Shown in pieces: positions 38,400-50,764 of a DNA stretch of 64,000 nucleotides; the stretch's first letter is position 1, and each line of letters begins with the position of its first letter. A program made the position numbers and the translations under genes. Origin of the DNA: Takakia lepidozioides (Eukaryota > Plantae > Bryophyta); assembly GCA_030704615.1 (NCBI GenBank), contig CM060732.1, forward strand, positions 55,428,001 through 55,492,000, given 5' to 3'. The notes under the pieces were generated by a model, which was given only the letters and a program-made list of their open reading frames with translations, was not told where the DNA came from and searched no databases.

Positions 38400-41300
38400 C
38401 GTTTCTTCCGCTTTTGAGGTCGCCCTTCAAAAACTGCAACCGCCTCGGATGCGTTTCCCATTTCTGAGGCACGCACCCAAGATGCCTCCACATGATGATA
38501 GCCCTTCTATTTGACGAGATACTCCGTTTTTCGGTTCTTGAACCTCCTCGACTTAAGTATTGCCTCCACCTCGTACTCAGGTTCATTTTCATGATCCAAC
38601 AGCACAGGTAGCGGACGCAACACTTGATGCCGATTCGGACGCGCTTCATCTTTGAAGTAAGGCTTCAAAAGGGAGACGTGGAATACTGGATGCACCTTGT
38701 TGTTTGCCGGCAGCTCCAATTCATACACATCCTCATTCATAACCTTCCGGATGTGAAAGGGTCCCGCATACGGAGGTACGAACTTTGGACTCACTTCCGG
38801 AGGTAGTCAGAAATTCTTGATGTTCAACCAGACCTCCGTGCCTACCTCAAACTTCACTTCCCTCCGCTTCCGATTCGCCTGCCTTTCATACCGTTTCCTA
38901 GCTTTGGCAATGTTGTACTTTGCGAGCTTCAACAAACGCTCACGTTCTTCCAGTACCGCCGCTACTGCCGGTTCCTCAACGTCTTGGGCGGCCCAACTTG
39001 TCGGCACCAGAGGTATTTTTCCATAGACCAATACGAAAGGGGAAACTCCCATTGTGGAGTGTTCTGTGTTATTATAACAGAATTCTACCGCGTCTAAGTG
39101 TTCCACCCAGTCTGATTGGTCTGCCGACACGTAATTCCGCAAGATCTGCTTCACTACGGAATTCACTCTTTCCGTTTGGCCGTCGGTTGTAGGTCGGAAG
39201 GCGGTGCTCATCTTCAGCCTCGTCCCCATCTTCTTCTAAAGTGTCCTCCAAAATTTACTCGTAAACTTTGGATCGCGGTCCGAGACAATATCCTTCGGGA
39301 CTCCATGATGCTTTAAGACGTGGGCGAAGTAAAGTCGCCCTGTCTCCTGCGCCATTGCTGTCTCCTTGGTGGGGATGAGATGGCCCATTTTACTGAACCT
39401 ATCCACCACCACCATGATTGCATCAAATCCTTTTGACAGCGGCATAACAGTCATGAAATCCATCGAGACGCTTTCCCAAGTCCCCTCTGGAATCGGCAAG
39501 GGTTGTAACAGCCCCGCTTACTTTTTGTACTCGCTCCGGTTTTGTTGGCATGTGGTGCATGTCTTGACATACTCCTCTGCCTCCTCCCTCAGTTTGGGCC
39601 AGAAATACTCTTTCTTCAAGAGTGCCGCAATGCGCTTGGCTCCGCCGTGGCCCGCAAGCGGGCTATCATGACATTCTCTCAAGAGACTATCTCTAAATCC
39701 CTCCCTTCGACACGTAGAGACGCTTTTGCTTATACCGGAGCAGTCCATTTTGCAAGTGGAACTGCGATTTAACCCCCCTCCTCAAGTCCTGCATCACGGA
39801 CTTCACCAGCTCATCCTTCCGGCAAGCTTCATTTGGAGCGCCGTCTCGCCCCTGTACACCAACATGAGCTGCTGCTTTCTACTTAAAGCATCAGCCACCA
39901 CATTGTCACGTCCCGGTTTGTACTGGATATCCACGTCAAACACTGCCAAAGTATCTTGCCACCTAAGTTGTTTTGGGGACAACTTGGGCTGCGTGGCAAA
40001 ATACTTCACCGTAACATTGTCCGTGAACACCTTCACTTGGTTGGAACCAACATAGTGGCGCCAAAGCTCAAGGCAATGCACCACCGCATTCATCTCTTTT
40101 TCGTGCGTCGGCCACCGTCGCTCCACTTCATTTAGTTTCTTACTTTCGTAAGCCACTGGACGTCCATCTTGCATAAGTACACCCCCAATCGCGAAGTCCG
40201 ACGCATCCGTATGAATCTCGAACGGACGATCGAACTCCGGGATTTTCAAGACTGGAGCTTCCGCCATCTGCTGCTTCAATTCAGCAAAAGCTTGGCCACA
40301 AAAGGTGTTCCATACCCAGACTTTGGATTTACACAGAAGGTCCGACAGCGGCCCCGCGATCTTGGCGAAATTTCTCACATACTTCCGGTAATAGGAGGCA
40401 AGTCCTAGGAAGGATCGCACTCCCGGGACCGAAGTCGGAGGCTCCCAGTCCAAGATTGCCCTCACCTTTCTGTCATCCATTTTGATCCCATCATGTGTAA
40501 TCACATGCCCCAAGAACTCCACTTTCGTGACCCCGAATTCGCACTTTGAAGCTTTGGCGTATAGTTTCCCTTCCCGCAATTTTTGGAACACCTTTTTCAG
40601 GTGCTCCAGGTGCTCCTCCTTTGTTTTCAAGTACACCAAGATGTCGTCGATGTACACGATCACAAAGTCATCCAACCACTCCTAAAAAAGGCTGTTCATC
40701 AGCGTGCTAAATGTCGCTGGTGCATTGGTGAGCCCAAAAAGCATCACCAAGAACTCATATGAACCATACCTTGTCCTGCACGTGGTCTTCTCCTCATCTC
40801 CTTCCGCCACCCGAATTTGATGATAGCCGGAGCGCAAGTCGATCCAGCTGAAATACTTCGCTCCTGCCAACCGATCGAAGAGGTCGTCGATCTTTGGCAA
40901 AGGGTACCGGGTTTTGATAGTCACCTTATTCAGAGCCCTGTAATCGACACACATCCACAGCGTCCCATCCTTTTTATCTGCAAATAGCACTGGGGCTCCG
41001 TAAGGTGACTTACTCGGCCGGATGTACCCCTTTGACATTAGATCTTTGAGCTGAGTCTTCAGCTCGACCAACTCTCTATGGCTCAACCGGTAGGGCGCCT
41101 TGGCAGGCGGTTCCGATCCCGCTATCACCTCAATCTTGTGGTCAACTCCTCTTCGCGGTGGCAAACCGCTTGGTAAATCCTCCGGCATCACATCCTGGTA
41201 TTTCTCCAAAATCCCCTTGATCCAATCTGGGCTCGGCTCCCCATCGCCTTCCCCCTTTACTTCTCTAATGTAGAGCAAAAATTGGGGCTCGTGTGCCTCC

Positions 41301-42948
41301 TCCACGGCCCACTCCCTTGCTGACAGAAGGCTTATTCGCCCTCCCACGGGTTTGGGCGTTTCTGACACTCGTAAGACCTCGCCACCATTCCCACATGGCA
41401 GTTCGACTACTCTCTTGCGGCCATTTATGACCGCTCCGGATTTGCTCAAAAAGGTCATCCCCAAAATGAGATCCACTCCATCGATCTCGCAGATGGTGAA
41501 GTTCTCACGTCCATCCCAACTCCCCAGTTGAAGAGGAACATCAAATGCCAACCTTGTCGCCAGTTGTGGTTATCCTTTGGCAGAACGCACCTCAATAGAG
41601 GCCCCCACGTCATTTGTCGGGAGTCCCAACTTTTCCGCCGCCGCCGCCGTCATGAAGGAGTGCAACGCTCCTGTGTCCACCAACAACGACACATTAGTTC
41701 CGGATATTATCTCATCCACAAACAATAACTGACTCCTTTTACGTAGGGCGCCAGTTTCCTGATACAACTCACAAGAATAGTTGCCTACCTTGCAAGTCCT
41801 GGCGACCACCGCTTCCACCAAGCGACTGATGGTACCTTCCGACAGCTCCGTGGTTGCCCGAGTCATGTTCAATTGTCGAGGTTTTGTGCACTTCTTGGCC
41901 ATGTGCCCGAGCTCCCTGCAATTGAAACACACTCCATCAAAGGTGGTCTTTTGTCCGCCATAAGCCACTCCACCCGCTTTTTCTTTCGAAGCACCGGGTA
42001 CCGCCTTGACGTGTTAAGGCCCTCCCTTCGATTTCCACGTGCCATTATCGCCGCGTGGCCTATCCCACTTCTTTTCCGGTCGGAAGGGGCTCCTTCCCGC
42101 CGGGTCTTCTTGTGGTTCAGCTCCGTACGGCCTTGTCTTTCACCCTTAGGGACATCCGAGAAACATTCAGCCCTCTCAATTGCCTCGTTCAAAGTCTTAG
42201 GTGGCTTCTCCTCCAACTTCCGCCTGGCCCATAGGGCCAGTCCCGCCACAAAGTTGAAGACCATTTCTGGTTCTGCCATGTCCGCGACTTTGAGCAAAAG
42301 CACATTGAAAGCCTGGATATATCCCCAAATGTCATCTGTTTGCTTCAAATTCCTCATCTTGTCCCGGGCAAGCCAGGACGCGCTGAGGGGCACAAACTGT
42401 CTCTTCATCAATTCCTTGAACCCACTCCAGTTCAAGGTTTCCATGCATGGACCTTGGTCGTGAAGGCGTCTCTGCCACCATTGTTGAGCATAGCCCCTCA
42501 AATAGGTGGGAGCCACTTCCACTCGATCCTCGTCACTCAACTTGGCCGCCCGGAAGTACTGCTCTAGCTCCAGGAGCCAGGTGTTGAGTGCCTTCCGATT
42601 TCGGACGCCCTCGAAGGTGCCGGGTTCCTTAGGCTTCACCTTAAACTTTGCCTTAGTGGAAGTGGCATTAGCCGCCTTCAACACGTCTTTCAGCGTCCCG
42701 CCAAACTGCGCCAACAACCCTTCCCAAAAGGCTGCCGGCATGGGAGGCATCTGTTGGTCGGTCGGAGCTCTCAAGGATTCCTCGGGCTCCGACTCCTCGG
42801 ATTCCTCCCGCTCTTGAGCAACCTCGTTTTTGGAAACATGCATCGCTTCCTCAAACGGCCGCCTCGGTGACACGTCGCCCCCATCTGGCTCACCAGGATC
42901 ATCATCTTTTGGGCCGTTCCGCTTTCGCTTTGGCTTGCCCGACCCCAT
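38400..42948 (-). pseudogene. Chromovirus gag-pol with stops and frameshifts
   Basis: gag KPKEPGTFEGVRN...LEQYF; CFNCRELGHMAKKC; LVDTGA; YIDDI; HTDASDFAIGGVL; SMDF/SDRD/DGQTER; YAGPF; chromodomain EYEVEAIL...EYLVK*KGY...ASW. Confidence 0.95.
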
Positions 42949-42989
42949 GATGAGGCCAATTCCAAGGACGATCACGTACTGAACTCTAA

Positions 42990-43001
42990 GCTCTGATACC
43001 A
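42990..43001 (-). promoter_or_regulatory. PBS TGGTATCAGAGC (tRNA-iMet)
   Basis: gctctgatacca on the + strand, 2 bp from the LTR. Confidence 0.95.
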
Positions 43002-43003
43002 AG

Positions 43004-43728
43004 TGTCGCGCACCTCACTTTGGTAAGCTCCCCTTCAAGTCATAGTTACTCGCTTTGATGTGCGCGCCTAACTCCCAACCTGGCCGCCGGGCCAACTTGG
43101 AGCTTCGGCTGCTCACCGGGGCATAACGGTCCCCCTTTGATCTCCCAAAGAACCCTCCACCGATTTGGGCCCAGCGGGAATTCCCTTTGGTAGTTGGCAG
43201 TCCGGAACAGCTCCCCACTCTTTGGTCGCTTTCCGGCTCGCTCGCTTACTCACTAGTTTTTGGTCACCAACGGGCTTGCACCGTTCTCGGGGTCACTACT
43301 CCCTATATATACTTATGTAGCTGTCCGTGGGGGTTTCACAAACAACCATGCCATTTTATGGCGAACCACCACGAAAACCCTCGACTCCCGGTGATGAGTC
43401 GCGGTGAGTCTTGGCCCACCCACCACGGCCCCTATGGACCGTGATGAGTCCCAAGACTCCCCACGACTCCCACCACGAGGTCTCCGCCCCAAGGTGAGTT
43501 CTATGCCACCCCCACTAAGTCCCGCTAAGCTACCACCACCCCTTTGTGAAGCCACCCCCACTGCATCCCGGTGTGCGGGGCTCCACCTAGTAAGCACCTC
43601 CGCCTCCTTGAGTGCCTTGGGCACTCAAGGGTGCTTCAGCCCCCCGTACCTATCGCTGCCACTGCCCCCACCACAGGGGCAGCCCCTCATGTGTCCCGAC
43701 CCCCTGCTCAAGGCAAAGGGCCGCGACA
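43004..43728 (-). repeat. 5' LTR of the chromovirus
   Basis: Adjacent to the PBS; direct repeat of 36769-37489. Confidence 0.97.
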
Positions 43729-46029
43729 CCATGGCAAATGTTGCAAGTGACCATCTAGTTCAAGATTTCTCAACAGCCAGAGAGATTGGAAGGATACCTC
43801 GTGTTAACAAATGCATAGTTATGGCATCAGAGCATGGCTCATGTCAATGTCAAGACAATACTGAAAATGAAGGTCAACAATATTGTTGAAGGTCTTATAA
43901 TCACTAACCAGGAAGGAGATGTCAGTCAGTTTTGTGAGGGTTGTATATATGAAAAACAACACAATCAATCTATTCTTCTGACCCCAGAAAGAGAGATCCC
44001 ATACTCCTCCTGGAGAGTTTTTCCATTCAGATATTTGTGGACATATCTGTAAAATCCATGGGCGGCACATCTTACTACATTCTTTTTAAGGATAATGCTA
44101 ATGGCTTCCGTTTCATTTTCTTTATCAGTAACAAGTCAGAAGCATTTGAATGCTTCAAGATCTTGGAGAAAGAAGTGTTTCAACAGATTCAGACTAAGAT
44201 GCCTTGACTGTTTGCGGATGGAAAATATGTTGGAAAGACATTTGAAGGATATCTTGATAGCAAGGGAATCCGTCATGATAAGAATGCCCCTTACACTCCT
44301 GAACAGAATAGGTATGTTGAACGTGACAATCAAACGATTGTTGAGGCAGTCAGAAGCATGTTGCATGCTAGAGATTTATCCCTTGATCTATGGGCAGAAG
44401 CAGCCTGCAACACAACGGTGTACGTCCTGAATAGGGTCACCTGCAAGCAAACGTAAGGGAGTACTCAAGATCAACTATGGTACAAAGAGAAACCATCAGT
44501 CGGTCACCTCAGAGTTTTTGGATGTAGTGCTTTCAACCACATTCCAAACAGCTGCGAAAGAAATTGGAACCAAAGATGTTGATGATAGGTTATAGCACAA
44601 AGAATCGTGCTTACAAGCTCTGGGATCCAGTTTCTAATAAAACCTCTATCAGTGCAGATGTGGAGTTCGATGAATTAAGCTCATCAGGATCTGCGAGTGT
44701 TTTGGAAAATTCACAGGGAGCTAGGGATGCCATTGAGATATCTCTCACAAACCCTCCTCAGTGTGCAGTACTTGCAGAGCTTCATGTTGGTGAAGAGAGT
44801 GAAGAAGTCCATGTTGTAGAGCTTCCCATTGCTGAAGAGATCGAAGAAATTCATGTTGCGGCACAAGTACCTCATAACAATGATGCTCAAAGTTTTGATG
44901 AGAATGAACCTCCTAGGGTTCGTCGACCACCTGTTCGTTTAGGTGAGTTGGACTTGTCGCAGAAGCGTGGTGACACTTCATTTGCTTGTGTAGCTCATAA
45001 CAGTTTTTTTTAAGACGAACCAAAGTTTTTCTTTGAGGCCATGAGATCTAAGGATGCAGACTTATGACGACATGCAATGGATGAAGAGTATGCATCTTTG
45101 CTGAAAAACAATACATGGATTTTTCAAGAGTTACCTGCCAACATAAATGTTGTGCACTGTAAGTGGGTCATAAGATGAAGTACAAATCTGATGGAGAAAT
45201 CGAGCATTTCAAAGCCTTGCCAAAAGCTATTCTCAGACAATAAGAGTTGATTTTGATAAAATGTTCTCACCCGTAGTGAAGCCTTGACTCCTTTTGCACC
45301 ATTCTAGCTATGGCAGCCACTCACGACATGGAGATTGCTCAGTTTGACGTTAAAACCGCGTTCCTAAACGGAGGAGATTTATATGGAGCAGCCTAAAGGC
45401 TACAAGCAAATTAGAAAAGAGAATCAAGTTTGTGGATGATGACATTTCCTGTTGCACTAATCAACACAAGCTGGATGATATGGTCAAATATCTCAAATCT
45501 GTGTTTGAGATAACCACGGGAGATGCATCTCACTATGTGCACATCCATCGTTTCAGGGTAGGGAGAGCTTTGTTTGTAAATCAAGAACGCTATATCCAGA
45601 AGATAATCCATCGTTTTGGTTTATAGGATGCCAATGGAGTTTCCACGCCGTCAGACACACATGTGAGTCTTACAACCTTTCCAGAAGAAGAAAATAACGA
45701 TCAGCTTTGCATTGGTGTGTCATACAAAGAAGCTGTGGGCAGTAGTATCATGTTTGTAATGAAACTTACTCGACCTGACATCGCATATGCTACCAGCATT
45801 GTGGCGAAGTTATGTGAAACACCAAGGACCTCTCACTGGACTGCAGTTAAGCGAGTTATTCGTTACCTGAAGAGTATTTGTACCCATGTCATCTGCTATT
45901 TTGGGGTCCAGAGAATGATAATTCTCTTACAGGTTTATATGACGTTGATTATGGTGGTGACATCGACAGCAGGAAATCTCACTCATGATACGTATGTCTT
46001 TTTGGCAATGCTGCCATTGCATGGAGTAG

Positions 46030-46574
46030 CTAGGGAGTAGCCAAGTGCGTCTCTTCTCTCGAGGCCCATCTAAGCCCAGGGCCAATCATTGTTGTAGGAA
46101 AGCCCACTTGGATGTTTGTTTAGTTACAAAAAATGTGTGGTACATGAATGAACTAATGTTTAAAGAGTATTGTAAACATGAACAAAATGATTGAGATTGG
46201 AATTTGGTGAAAGAGTTAGACGTTTATATTAATGCTTTTGTATATACAATCATATGTTGAAAAAACCTGCCAATATTTTTTTTTCCATGAATTTAATATA
46301 TCCAATCACTATGGATATATCTCCTGTCCATGCACCAATCATTGTTGTAGGAAAGCCCACTTAGCTATTTTTTACGAATTTCCAATGATCAAACGTACTT
46401 GAAATTCCATATCTCCCACACCGCAGGTCCAAAAATAATGAGGCCAAGCCGGTGCATCTCGCCTCATCGAGGGCTTTCCAATGGTACCAAGCACCAGAGC
46501 TGGGGCGACATGTTAACGCTACAAAACAAAACAAAACAACACAAACAAACAAACTACCTTGCTTCATATATTGA
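46030..46574 (-). mobile_element. Non-autonomous Helitron-like element, copy 2, at the Copia breakpoint
   Basis: Minus-strand start A|TCAATATATGAAG...GTTTGTTTG; CTAG at the other end; homologous to 25188-25551; internal 28-bp duplication (46082/46335). Confidence 0.6.
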
Positions 46575-48294
46575 TTTTATGAAACTCACCGCAAATCTCC
46601 GGCAAAACCTCATCTACACAATATGGACAAGGCCGTTCTCGTGATTCCTTTCTATATTTGAGAGTGAAGAGACGGAAATTTGGAACACAAGCAAGGATCA
46701 CAAGCAATGGGCAACCTCAGGGAATTGGCAGAGAAAAAGAACGAGAGCACCAATATTGGGCAAAGTGGTAGACGTATACTCTATCATATGGGTAGAGAAT
46801 ATGGCTAAAGAGGTGAAGAGAGATCAAAAACTCCACACGCAGCTTTCCCAGGTTGTGGAATATGCAAAGATTACTCCCGCACAAAACTCTTGCCCAGCAC
46901 AGTGTCGGTGTATAATATGTAGTATCGATTGACAATCACGTCACCCTGTCATTGTTTATGCGAGACCGTATTTGCTTAGTTTGTGAGTAGGCCCCACAGT
47001 CAGCTCGGATGCTTAGAGTGACACGGAGGAAATGCCCTCAACAGGACTTCAAAGCCAATATTCCCGGCCCCAGAATCGTATCTCATTCAGGCCGCAGCGT
47101 TGTCACGCACCTCCGAACATTTCTCGTGCGTCAGACGAGTGGACGTCGAGCCTTTCAGCAGCCGTATTGTACTTATCATACGCTGCCAAGATTTCAAGCC
47201 CATGCTCTGAGAAATTCTTCAACAACCTCTTCCATATGACGCATGCACTGCCCACTGTAGAGTAGACGAAGGGAACATGCCAAACCTCCAGAGCTGATGT
47301 TTGCTCCGCCTTCAACAGAGGAGACACAGGGGTGCCAACATGAAGCGATCTCAGGCTTCTATAATCACATCTCGGAATTGTGGTGTGTTAACATTTCTCT
47401 AGTGGGGTAACTCTTGGGCATATTTAGGAGTATTGGTATGTTCAACACTTACCGGGACCTTCGGGCAGACGAGATTTCAAACATTATGTATAGGGCTTCG
47501 AAAAACCTGGGTACATGCAGAGCCAGGCTTGTTGGAGGGTCACTTTCTGCAATTGATAAACGATTCGGACAAACGGACAATCATTTTCTCTTGCAAAAGA
47601 ACCTAGAGAAAAAACTGTCTGGACAATGGACAGATTACACAAACCATTTCGACCTTGACCTGACCGAGAGCTTCTTGAACTACTCAGATTTGTTTGTATG
47701 GAATGTCCAATCTGAGAGAAAGAGATTTCCCATTAGTGAAGAAAAGCTCATGTAGACACACGGTACTATTGCCTGGATACCTAGGCCTCCTCTACGAAGC
47801 AAAATTTATTGACACTTTTAGGACTCAGCTGAAAATGTCAGACCTTTCATTCGCTGCTGCACTGAACTTGACTCCTTTTGTAAACACTTAGAAATAAGTC
47901 CAACATCTCGTTCAAATAGCTTCGAGACTAGAGATAACTACAATGCTACCAACAACAAGTGCTCGGGCCCCATGACTGGTGTTCTCTAATCAGCAGAACC
48001 GAGAAAACGGCGAGTTTCTTTGAGTTGGCCAAAGCCATGAGGTGGAAATACTCCATGCAGTAGCTACAGAAGTTCACCAAAACTCCCATCATCATTCATA
48101 TTCACTAAAAACTGCAGGAAACTAAATGGCAAAAGTATTGAGATTCTTCAAACCCAGGCACTCTGATAATATGTTGCTCTTTGTCACGTTGCTTTTCCCC
48201 CATTTACAATTCACTATCTGAAACAGGGGAGCCTAACCACTTGACTCATTGCAAGAAAACAGCACCGGGACTCGTTGACATCCCCACAGCGAAG

Positions 48295-49751
48295 TTACTC
48301 ATCTCCAAATGAGTAGGGTGAAGGGAACGCCCTCGGAGGAGGTTTTTCACCTGCCAAGTTTACTCGGATATTTCTCCCCTCGAAATCCTGCTCCCACAAG
48401 CTCCAAACCTCAGTAATAAATCTCAGGAATTCGGGGCTTCTATCAAACCAACATATCAGGCCCCAAGTACAAGCTTATTCAAGCAGAAATATGATAAAAC
48501 CTTAGACAAAGAAGACTACTACCTATGACGTGACTTACCGTTTCGTTAAGGTTGTTAATGGCTGCGTTTGCTTCGCTCGGGTCTGAAAAGGTAACGAAGC
48601 CAAAACCGCGCGACTTGCCGGTCATCTGGTCTAAGATCACCTTGGCCTCTATCACTTGTCCGTAGTCGCTGAACAGATTCTCAAGGCTAACATCATCCAC
48701 GCTCCAGGATAAGTTGCCAACGAATAGCTTGTTGGGACTGTTTTGGTCCCTGCGGGGTCTGTCACCGAAAGCAGGTCTCTCTCCCCTGTTTGATTGAGGG
48801 AAGTTCACTTTCAAGATTCTTCCTCCAAACTCCTGCAACGACAGAGAATAGTTCAGGTACTCCATCACCGTTTTCATCCTGCTGCGACGGTGGCACAGAG
48901 AAGCGCAGCATCTTCAAGACAAAAGGATGCAAAGAAGCAGACCGTTCAAAGTAGAGAGCACTCACCCTGCCATCCAACTTCTCAATGGCAGCATTCGCAT
49001 CTTCGACTGTGCTCATTGTCACAAAAGCGAATCCGCGACTTCTGTTTGTTTCCCTGTCGTAGATAACCTGGAAGGTGCAGAATGTCAGAATGCTACTAAT
49101 ATATTTCAGAACACCGACAATCATTCGAAATGAAAGTCCAAGCACAGATGATGAGGGGACAGCAATTTCAGAAAAGACAAGTACAAACCGGACGCCATGT
49201 CGCTTTCAGAAGAGCAAACGATACAGAAGACAAGATAACATCGAGAGCCTAATCGATCACGCCGGCTGTAGACAAAAACAGAGATAGCATAGACAACGAA
49301 AATGAGTGCAGCAACATGTAAGTACCTCAACAAGCTCAACATTTCCAATGTCCTGGAAGACATCAGCCACCTGTTGGCTGTCAACAGTCCACGGCAAGTT
49401 GCCAACGTACAACTTCGACCCTGCAAACGACTGGTACGTGGGGAACTCCAGAGGAGGCTCCATCAACGGCGACGAACCATCCTCAGACTGCGACTGCGAG
49501 TCGTAAGAATCATTCGACTCCCCGAGATTGCCATTGTTGACGAACGTTTCCTGCTCCACGTCGGAGGCCCACGCAGCCAGGCTGGTGCTCCTCGCAGACC
49601 GCCTGTAAGACAGCGACAAAGCCGACAGGCTTATCGAAATGGGAGCCACTTCCGTCACCAAACAGCGCCCCGCTGGCTTCACCACGGCCCGCTCTGAAAC
49701 CCCTGCAAACGACCCGCTGGCCACCGCAAAGGAGATGCACGAGGCCGCCAT
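48295..49751 (-). CDS. Chloroplast ribonucleoprotein (cpRNP, CP29/CP31/CP33 family; two RRMs), intact, 4 exons
   Basis: Exons 49751-49326, 49067-48966, 48832-48539 and 48387-48295, GT-AG and in phase. [17 protein letters not shown] and [17 protein letters not shown]; transit peptide plus acidic region. Confidence 0.95.
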
Positions 49752-49760
49752 AGCTCAAGC

Positions 49761-49781
49761 CTCTCTCTCTCTCTCTCTCTC
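49761..49781. repeat. (CT/GA)n microsatellite in the cpRNP 5' UTR
   Basis: About 10 CT units just upstream of the ATG. Confidence 0.9.
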
Positions 49782-50289
49782 TTCCCCTCGCACACACGCC
49801 TCCCTCTTCCTCCCCGCCGCCACTCCTGCTACGGATCTCAGCGCTCTCTCCTCACAGCAGCTCCGCAGCGGTCCAGACGAACAAGACAGCAAGAGAGCGG
49901 GCTGAAAGGAGCGATCCAGAGAGAAAGGGCCACGGCACCGGATATGGCTGCCCTGCCCGCCCATGCATCCCCCCCATCCCTCCGTCCGTCCCCGCCATCT
50001 GGACGATCCAGATGTCATCCATCGTGGCGACAAATCTGCAAATGGAGCGGGGCTAGGGATGGGCCACCAGCATGCCTAGTGCCTACTCCAGATCCCCTAC
50101 GAGTACCTATACCCGCATACAGTAGTCCGTTTGACCGCTTGCGAACCCTATTAGCGTGGACTAGGGGATCTCATTTCTGTGCTTGATATTTCCTGTTCGC
50201 GATTTCATTGAGACCGTCGAGTCCCTTTCAACAAAAATAAAAATAGAAAACATCAAATAAAATAGATAAATATTTAAAAAAATCAACCA

Positions 50290-50437
50290 GACCGGTCACA
50301 GCTCAGTTGGATACTGCACCCAGGTGGTTCGAGGTTCAAATCCTGCTACTGGTCCGGCGTGGTATTGTCTGCTATCATGCCTGTATACCTCTCCTTGGCG
50401 CACACATGAGCTGTGGAGTAAGGGAAAAAATAAAAAT
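50290..50437 (+). mobile_element. tRNA-derived SINE-like element
   Basis: A box AGCTCAGTTGG, B box GGTTCAAATCC, acceptor-like stem GACCGGT/ACTGGTC, no proper anticodon arm, A-rich tail. Confidence 0.6.
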
Positions 50438-50764
50438 GTCTTTGGGTTGAATAACAAATTAAATTTAAAACCTATAAAAATGAGAACTTAGAGCAGGCTA
50501 GTGCTGTGTGAGCCGAGGTTTTTTGGCGCTACTCAGAATTCCACGTGTCTTGTTTGAAGCCGTCCGACTCGATTCTATGTCATTACTAGCCGCCGATGTT
50601 AGGGCCTAGGGAATTAGGTCGCGTCGCGGGAGTGGATAATGAAGTGTCAGAGTATGCTTTGGTGGACGGATGTGCCCTGGATGGATTGATGAAATTAACG
50701 TTCTCATCCATGGGATGTATCTCCTAGTTTTCGCTGTAAAAACAAAAGGAAAACAGAGTCTCAA

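Larger units (their letters stand above)
36769..43728 (-). mobile_element. Full-length Ty3/Gypsy chromovirus (Galadriel-like) with 5-bp TSD CCATG
   Basis: Two ~720-bp LTRs TGTCGCG...CGCGACA; TSD at 36764-36768 and 43729-43733; tRNA-iMet PBS; gag-pol with a C-terminal chromodomain. Confidence 0.97.
35348..46029 (+). mobile_element. Decayed Ty1/Copia retrotransposon split by a nested Gypsy and truncated in RNase H
   Basis: gag (RKFDGKNSFSLW...IVNGTE; SLPPSY); protease region before 36768; after 43733 WH...HVN, CEGCIYEKQ, HSDICG, TPEQN, RT (CKWV, DVKTAFLNG, TRPDIAYA) and RNase H start (DYGGDIDSRKS...AIAWSS). The 5' LTR start is approximate. Confidence 0.88.

Noticed and set aside
50290-50354. 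Functional tRNA gene
   Set aside because: Only ~65 nt with no proper anticodon stem-loop; better explained as a SINE head or pseudo-tRNA.
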